Below, piece by piece: positions 1 to 3,854 of a DNA stretch of 64,000 bases. The notes under the pieces were generated by a model. It saw only the letters and a list, made by a program, of their open reading frames with translations, had not been told where the DNA came from and did no database searches. A program made the translations under genes and the position numbers. The DNA comes from a virus (taxonomy: Duplodnaviria; Caudoviricetes): the IMG/VR virus record IMGVR_UViG_3300036770_005357; one strand, written 5' to 3'. Numbering within the stretch: position 1 is the stretch's first letter; every line of letters begins with the position of its first letter.

Positions 1-331
1 AAAATCTCCAATTATTTGCAAAACTATTGAATACATCTTTATACTGATTCTTAGATAAATTAACTTCAGTAAGAATATCTTTGGGTGGTGGATATACACT
101 ACTACCAATACCAATCATACCCAATAATTCTTTATCAGGTGGTGGAAATAAATCTTCGGAACCGTCTTCAACTAAATAAACCAACCAATCAATTCTTCTA
201 CCAACACTAGAATTGGATGGTACATAACTATGATGATTTTCAATAACCTTTTTAACTAGTTTCTTTTGATCTTCTGTAACTACTAGTTCAAGTTTAATTA
301 TTGATTTGTTTTTTGATAAATCCACGCTCAT
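1..331 (-). CDS. Partial ORF (runs off left edge): DUF4338/DruA- or Mom-like GNAT-fold protein, putative DNA-modifying enzyme
   Basis: Not in ORF track. Read by hand from ATG 331 (or ATA 301): ...KLELVVTEDQKKLVKKVIENHHSYVPSNSSVGRRIDWLVY...LGMIGIGSSVYPPPKDIL...FANNWRF. The HxY..GR..YLV / G.IG.GS / NNxRF pattern resembles DUF4338. Confidence 0.5.
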   Translation of the reverse strand, partial: MSVDLSKNKSIIKLELVVTEDQKKLVKKVIENHHSYVPSNSSVGRRIDWLVYLVEDGSEDLFPPPDKELLGMIGIGSSVYPPPKDILTEVNLSKNQYKDVFNSFANNWRF

Positions 332-899
332 CAAATATGAATCGGTTTTGATATACACTGTTACAATGATAACATTGAGGAATAGTATTGTCAATAGTAA
401 GTGGTTTATTAGGATCCATATGTCCTTTTTCTAAACGAGTAATATCCGATGGAAATTTAAAATGTGGTTCACCTTCTTTACTACCACAACAAATACATCT
501 GTAATTATAAGTTTTCTTCAAACCATCCCAATCAATATTACAGTCTCTACGACCTAACGACCAATTTAAATGTGGTACCGTAAAATCACTTGCTTGATAA
601 TTACAATTCTTTTTATTACCAGACTTACTTATATTCCATCCTTTTTGTGTACTTAAATGTCTAGCTTGTTGTACATCATTAACTTCAGGATAAAAATTAC
701 GAATAAAAATAGTCAACTCACGCTTACTAACAAGTCGATCACGATGTCTATACAAATAAACAAGTGTAAGAGCATCAATAACAAACTTATTATTCTTCTT
801 AGAAATAAGTTTAGGCATAACAATACCCAACTTCTCAAGATGTTCCTTGTGAAGATTTACGAGTTCTTGATATACACTATTAATTTCTTCGATAGTCAT
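294..899 (-). CDS. HNH endonuclease with N-terminal DNA-binding region (type II restriction endonuclease-like)
   Basis: C-terminal CxxC..LEKGHMDP..NTIPQCYHCN His-Me finger. The N-terminal DVQQARHL motif resembles bacterial REase-like proteins (recalled, not searched). Confidence 0.6.
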   Translation of the reverse strand: MTIEEINSVYQELVNLHKEHLEKLGIVMPKLISKKNNKFVIDALTLVYLYRHRDRLVSKRELTIFIRNFYPEVNDVQQARHLSTQKGWNISKSGNKKNCNYQASDFTVPHLNWSLGRRDCNIDWDGLKKTYNYRCICCGSKEGEPHFKFPSDITRLEKGHMDPNKPLTIDNTIPQCYHCNSVYQNRFIFDERGFIKKQINN

Positions 900-904
900 T
901 TGTA

Positions 905-946
905 TGGTGGGTATGGAGGGAGTCGAACCCCCATGCCTTTCGGCGG
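905..946 (-). pseudogene. 3' half of a class II tRNA-Leu (variable arm, T arm, acceptor 3' strand, ACCA), 5' half missing
   Basis: Minus strand: CC GCC-GAAA-GGC AT GGGGG-TTCGACT-CCCTC CATACCC A CCA. No matching GGGTATG 5' strand upstream. Confidence 0.75.
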
Positions 947-954
947 TTTTATAA

Positions 955-1031
955 TGGTAGCTAGGGTCAGATTCGAACTGACACTGGACCGATTTTGAGT
1001 CGGGTGCCTCCTGCCGTTGGGCTACCTAGCC
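955..1031 (-). tRNA. tRNA-Leu(CAA), short variable region, CCA encoded
   Basis: GGCTAGG/CCTAGCT acceptor, CCCGA-CTCAAAA-TCGGT anticodon arm, GTCAG-TTCGAAT-CTGAC T arm, ACCA. Confidence 0.9.
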
Positions 1032-1045
1032 ATTAAAATTAAAAA

Positions 1046-1138
1046 TGGTGGTCCTGTCAGGTAACGCTCCTGATTCTTACGCTAGTCCGGCGATTAACTG
1101 TGTTATAAGCACAGCGGCTTTCTTTAAGCTACAGGACC
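1046..1138 (-). tRNA. tRNA-Ile(UAU), atypical: 5-nt D loop, 24-nt extra arm, T loop AGCGTTA
   Basis: GGTCCTG/CAGGACC acceptor, GCTT/AAGC D stem, CTGTG-CTTATAA-CACAG, TCAGG-AGCGTTA-CCTGA, ACCA. Confidence 0.8.
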
Positions 1139-1148
1139 ATTTTAAAAT

Positions 1149-1160
1149 TTTTAAAGAACT
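1149..1160 (-). promoter_or_regulatory. boxA-like element upstream of tRNA-Ile
   Basis: AGTTCTTTAAAA on minus strand, similar to rrn boxA TGCTCTTTAACA. Confidence 0.55.
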
Positions 1161-1178
1161 ATCAACTTCTATGTAATA

Positions 1179-1206
1179 ACTATACCATGTTCTTTTTAAG
1201 AGTCAA
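1179..1206 (-). promoter_or_regulatory. sigma70-type promoter driving tRNA-Ile/Leu/HNH
   Basis: TTGACT-16 nt-TATAGT with extended -10 TGG. Confidence 0.75.
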
Positions 1207-1276
1207 CCGAAATTTTTGGTTTCGGGTTAAATATTTAAAATTCGATTTTTGAGTTTTATTTATATATTTATATTAT

Positions 1277-1951
1277 ATGACTTTTTTATTTACTGACAAA
1301 GATTTCGAAAATGCTAAATCACATGACAAGTTGAATCTTAAATGTAAAAATTGTAACGGAACATTTTCTTCTACCAAGAAAGCGATTAATTTTGAATTAA
1401 AACATAAAAGAGGTAGATTACAATTTTGTACAAAAAAATGTTTTGATGATAAACAAACTAATAAAAATCCTGTTAATTGTAAACAATGTAATAAAATAGT
1501 TTTAAAAATACCTAGTCAACTTAAAAGGTCTCCGAATACATTTTGTTCTTCTTCTTGTTCCGCAACTTATAATAATACACATAAAAAATTTGGTACTAGA
1601 AGATCTAAATTAGAAAAATGGTTGGAAGAAAAATTGATTCAGTTACATCCGAATTTAGTTTTTCACTTTAATCGTAAAGACACTATCAACGCCGAATTAG
1701 ACATTTATATACCATCTTTAAAGTTAGCATTCGAGTTAAATGGAATATTTCATTACGAACCAATATATGGAGAAGAAAAACTACATTCAACTCAAAATAA
1801 TGATAAAAGAAAATTCCAAGCGTGTTTAGAACAAAAAATTGAACTTTGTATTATAGATGTTTCCAAAGAAACATATTTTAAAGAACATATATCAAAAAAA
1901 TATTTAGATATTATAAATAATATAATAAATTCTAAATTGTTGAATTCTTAG
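1277..1951 (+). CDS. Free-standing homing endonuclease-like protein (Zn-ribbon repeats + PD-(D/E)xK Vsr/DUF559-like domain), antisense within the tRNA array
   Basis: CxxC..FCxxxC repeats, then ELDIYIPSLKLAFELNGIFHY..NDKRKFQAC. TATTTATA at 1265-1272 just upstream. Confidence 0.75.
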   Translation: MTFLFTDKDFENAKSHDKLNLKCKNCNGTFSSTKKAINFELKHKRGRLQFCTKKCFDDKQTNKNPVNCKQCNKIVLKIPSQLKRSPNTFCSSSCSATYNNTHKKFGTRRSKLEKWLEEKLIQLHPNLVFHFNRKDTINAELDIYIPSLKLAFELNGIFHYEPIYGEEKLHSTQNNDKRKFQACLEQKIELCIIDVSKETYFKEHISKKYLDIINNIINSKLLNS

Positions 1952-2009
1952 TTACAGATATTAACTGTATGCAATAGTCACTGCGTGCAAGTGATTCAAC
2001 TTGACTATC
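1939..2009 (-). ncRNA. HDV-like self-cleaving ribozyme (tRNA-associated, theta-type, with P4)
   Basis: P1 GATAGTC/GACTATT (G1.U), P2 GTTGAATC/GA(A)TTCAAC, P3 ACT/AGT, L3 TGCACGC (U20, G25), P1.1 GC/GC, P4 TACAG/CTGTA, J4/2 ACTAA with catalytic C at 1951. Confidence 0.88.
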
Positions 2010-2084
2010 TTGCAGCTACAGGAGTCGAACCTGCTATCGCCTGGTTATGAGCCAGGAATGATATTTCCGTTTCACTCAGCTGCG
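2010..2084 (-). tRNA. tRNA-Met(CAU), initiator-like (C1:A72), no encoded CCA
   Basis: CGCAGCT/AGCTGCA with C1:A72 mismatch, CCTGG-CTCATAA-CCAGG, GCAGG-TTCGACT-CCTGT, discriminator A at 2010 followed directly by ribozyme G1. Confidence 0.85.
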
Positions 2085-2092
2085 ATTGAAAA

Positions 2093-2104
2093 TTTAAAAG
2101 AACT
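2093..2104 (-). promoter_or_regulatory. boxA-like element upstream of tRNA-Met
   Basis: AGTTCTTTTAAA. Confidence 0.5.
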
Positions 2105-2116
2105 AAAATTGTAAAT

Positions 2117-2281
2117 TGGTGTTGGGTATTTTTATTGAATACTTAATTACCCAACGAATCAAGTATACCATGAACTAACCCCGCAACCAAGAAATTTTTA
2201 AGAGAATTTCCAACTCTGGGAGTTTTTGGTTATATACTCCTCCACCAGTCAGTTTTGAATTTGGATGTCTGACAACCAAAA
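2117..2281 (-). ncRNA. Candidate pseudoknotted ncRNA ending in ACCA (tRNA-Glu/tRNA-Met spacer)
   Basis: 5' domain: TTTTGGTT/AACCAAAA, GTCAG/CTGAC, GGAGT/ACTCC. 3' H-type pseudoknot: ATACTTGAT/ATTAAGTAT + GTTGGGTA/TACCCAAC, then ACCA. Confidence 0.5.
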
Positions 2282-2282
2282 G

Positions 2283-2357
2283 TGGCAGTCCTGCGGAGAT
2301 TCGCACTCCGGTCTCTTGGATGAAAGCCAAGAATCCTAACTACTAGACGACAGGACC
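2283..2357 (-). tRNA. tRNA-Glu(UUC), CCA encoded, T loop TGCGAAT
   Basis: GGTCCTG/CAGGACT, CTTGG-CTTTCAT-CCAAG, CGGAG-TGCGAAT-CTCCG, GCCA. Confidence 0.9.
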
Positions 2358-2367
2358 ATTTAAAGCG

Positions 2368-2510
2368 AACTGGTAACCCGATTCGGTTTTTTACGAACCG
2401 GTTTCCTACTGTCTTTAGGCGGATGATTTATGTTTTCTCTTCTCACGTCAAGCGGTTATACAATAGACAGTGTATAACTTTTTGTCATCCTCTCTAGATA
2501 ATTACCAGTT
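2368..2510 (-). ncRNA. Candidate multi-stem ncRNA with kissing loop (tRNA-Lys/tRNA-Glu spacer)
   Basis: 10-bp closing helix AACTGGTAAT/GTTACCAGTT, GGATGA/TCATCC, GTTATACA/TGTATAAC, CCTA/TAGG, CCGGTTCG/CGAATCGG, loop-loop CTGTCT/AGACAG. Confidence 0.6.
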
Positions 2511-2515
2511 TAAAT

Positions 2516-2590
2516 TGGTAGGGCGCCACGGTAACGATCCGTGTTCTACTGGTTAAAAGCCAGTTGCTTCACCGTTAAAGCTTGCACCCC
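2516..2590 (-). tRNA. tRNA-Lys(UUU), CCA encoded, T loop ATCGTTA
   Basis: GGGGTGC/GCGCCCT, GCTT/AAGC, ACTGG-CTTTTAA-CCAGT, CACGG-ATCGTTA-CCGTG, ACCA. Confidence 0.9.
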
Positions 2591-2598
2591 ATTAAAAA

Positions 2599-2610
2599 TG
2601 TTAAAGAACT
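2599..2610 (-). promoter_or_regulatory. boxA-like element upstream of tRNA-Lys
   Basis: AGTTCTTTAACA, 10/12 identical to E. coli rrn boxA TGCTCTTTAACA. Confidence 0.65.
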
Positions 2611-2626
2611 AAACTTACAGAAACCG

Positions 2627-2754
2627 TGTAACTTTTGTATCCCTAAAGTTACAGAAAAGGGTCAGACTCACACTGAGGTGATAAGTTGTTTTTTCGTTAA
2701 ACTTATAACAATCGGTTGAGTTTTTAGTTTTCGGTATCGGACTCAACTAACCTT
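2627..2754 (-). ncRNA. Candidate structured 5' leader RNA
   Basis: GGTTAG/CTGACC enclosing TTGAGT/ACTCAA, ATAAGTT/AACTTAT and CTCA/TGAG hairpins, followed by the 9-bp hairpin TGTAACTTT/AAAGTTACA. Confidence 0.4.
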
Positions 2755-2762
2755 ATGTAATC

Positions 2763-2790
2763 ATCTTACCAGAACTTTTCGTTTTGTCAA
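2763..2790 (-). promoter_or_regulatory. sigma70-type promoter for Lys-Glu-Met tRNA transcript
   Basis: TTGACA-16 nt-TAAGAT with extended TGG. Confidence 0.75.
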
Positions 2791-2812
2791 CCGTCTTTTT
2801 TCTTTTTCTTTT

Positions 2813-2887
2813 TGGCGATCCCCTTTGATAGAAGGTCAAGGCGATTCCTGCACACTTAGATGCTCTGGAGGAGTGCTACTCCCGCCA
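2813..2887 (-). ncRNA. Candidate 75-nt GC-rich perfect four-way-junction RNA
   Basis: TGGCG|GGAG-TAGCA-CTCC|TCC..GGA|ATC..GAT|CGCCA with no unpaired junction nucleotides. Has its own promoter and a boxA-like element upstream. Confidence 0.5.
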
Positions 2888-2891
2888 TGCT

Positions 2892-2903
2892 AGAAAAAGA
2901 ACT
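2892..2903 (-). promoter_or_regulatory. boxA-like element upstream of four-way-junction RNA
   Basis: AGTTCTTTTTCT. Confidence 0.4.
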
Positions 2904-2916
2904 TACTATACTTATT

Positions 2917-2944
2917 ATCCTACCACAAACTTTTCAAAGATCAA
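2917..2944 (-). promoter_or_regulatory. sigma70-type promoter
   Basis: TTGATC-16 nt-TAGGAT with extended TGG. Confidence 0.6.
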
Positions 2945-2990
2945 GTATTTTTTGTAGTTATAAATATATAAATGTTCAAAAAAATACTTG
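2942..2990. repeat. 12-bp inverted repeat enclosing a TATTTATA motif, downstream of tRNA-Arg
   Basis: CAAGTATTTTTT (2942-2953) / AAAAAATACTTG (2979-2990). TATAAATA at 2959-2966 on plus strand. Confidence 0.6.
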
Positions 2991-2996
2991 TAAAAA

Positions 2997-3077
2997 TGGC
3001 GCTTCGGGAGGGATTTGAACCCACATTTACATCCAATTATGCACTTAGAGCTTAGAAGACTCCGCCATTACCGAAGC
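2997..3077 (-). tRNA. tRNA-Arg(UCU)-like, D stem absent, long variable arm, CCA encoded
   Basis: GCTTCGG/CCGAAGC acceptor, 7-nt connector TAATGGC, GGAGT-CTTCTAA-GCTCT, extra arm TGCAT-AATTGG-ATGTA, GTGGG-TTCAAAT-CCCTC, GCCA. Confidence 0.7.
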
Positions 3078-3094
3078 ACGATCACTTATTGAAA

Positions 3095-3424
3095 TTACTG
3101 CTTATCCTTCTTTAGTTCATCTTGTACTGACTTACCCAGTTCTGTCAAGCCAAAAAGTGGCTCTCCATTCTTATCATAACCAACAATCTGTACAAGTCCT
3201 TGCTTGACAAGATCATCCACAGTTTCCTTAACCTCCATAAGAGAAGCCTCTTCATAGATTTCATTGGCTTCAGCTTCGTCACAACCAGTTTCCTTCATAA
3301 TGTACTCAATGGCAGATTGTCGTTCACACTGCTTATCCAGCTCATCTACATTAAGATTTGCGCAATGGTTAAGCACTTGATCAATTGTACCGGTAAACAT
3401 ACCACCGTGTTCAGAAAATTCCAT
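3095..3424 (-). CDS. Hypothetical protein, possible C-terminal winged helix
   Basis: ORF track. C-terminus LVKQGLVQIVGYDKNGEPLFGLTELGK. Confidence 0.6.
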   Translation of the reverse strand: MEFSEHGGMFTGTIDQVLNHCANLNVDELDKQCERQSAIEYIMKETGCDEAEANEIYEEASLMEVKETVDDLVKQGLVQIVGYDKNGEPLFGLTELGKSVQDELKKDKQ

Positions 3425-3443
3425 AGTATTATTTAATTAATAA

Positions 3444-3752
3444 TTAGACACTAAGATTGAAATCGTAGCTAGTTTCATCAGTATGCTGCTTGTAGTACCT
3501 ACGGGCACGATTTGACATGTGATGAAGAACCTTGTTGACATTGTGAGGAACCCTAACATTAGGCCCCCAACCAAACTCAGCACGACCGAAAGCAATGTCA
3601 TAAGCACGATGCTTATCAAACTTATCGCCAGCGGTGGTGTTGGTATAACTCCAACCTAGGCGAATTTGGTTATTGATAACGGTTGCGACGACGAGACCAC
3701 GAGCATTACCCTTACGATCACGAACGAACTGAGACAGACTAGTATCCTTCAT
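3444..3752 (-). CDS. Hypothetical phage early protein
   Basis: ORF directly downstream of a strong sigma70 promoter. Confidence 0.7.
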   Translation of the reverse strand: MKDTSLSQFVRDRKGNARGLVVATVINNQIRLGWSYTNTTAGDKFDKHRAYDIAFGRAEFGWGPNVRVPHNVNKVLHHMSNRARRYYKQHTDETSYDFNLSV

Positions 3753-3800
3753 ATTTAGTTTTTTGTTTTTTGGTTTAGATTGTGTACCGACGATAAAACC

Positions 3801-3828
3801 ACTATACCATACCTTTATAGAAAGTCAA
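3801..3828 (-). promoter_or_regulatory. sigma70-type early promoter
   Basis: TTGACT-16 nt-TATAGT, extended TGG. Confidence 0.75.
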
Positions 3829-3854
3829 GCGGGTATTTTGAAGGAATATAGTTT

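Noticed and set aside
657-998. 113-aa plus-strand ORF
   Set aside because: It is antisense to the HNH gene and the tRNA-Leu genes, with no recognisable motifs. The many similar short antisense ORFs in the track were also dropped.
2117-2281. tmRNA (pseudoknots plus ACCA end)
   Set aside because: No T arm, no G3.U70 acceptor stem and no tag reading frame. It is also too short.
2368-2510. Hairpin or hammerhead ribozyme (AGAAGAGAAAACA resembles hairpin loops A/B)
   Set aside because: There is no helix between the AGAA and AGAAACA elements, no GUC cleavage strand and no CUGANGA/GAAA core.
3045-3065. Amber-suppressor (CUA) reading of the tRNA at 2997-3077, implying TAG recoding
   Set aside because: The stem register gives C32-U33-UCU-A37-A38. 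Genes are full length in the standard code and TAG ends real ORFs (e.g. 1951).
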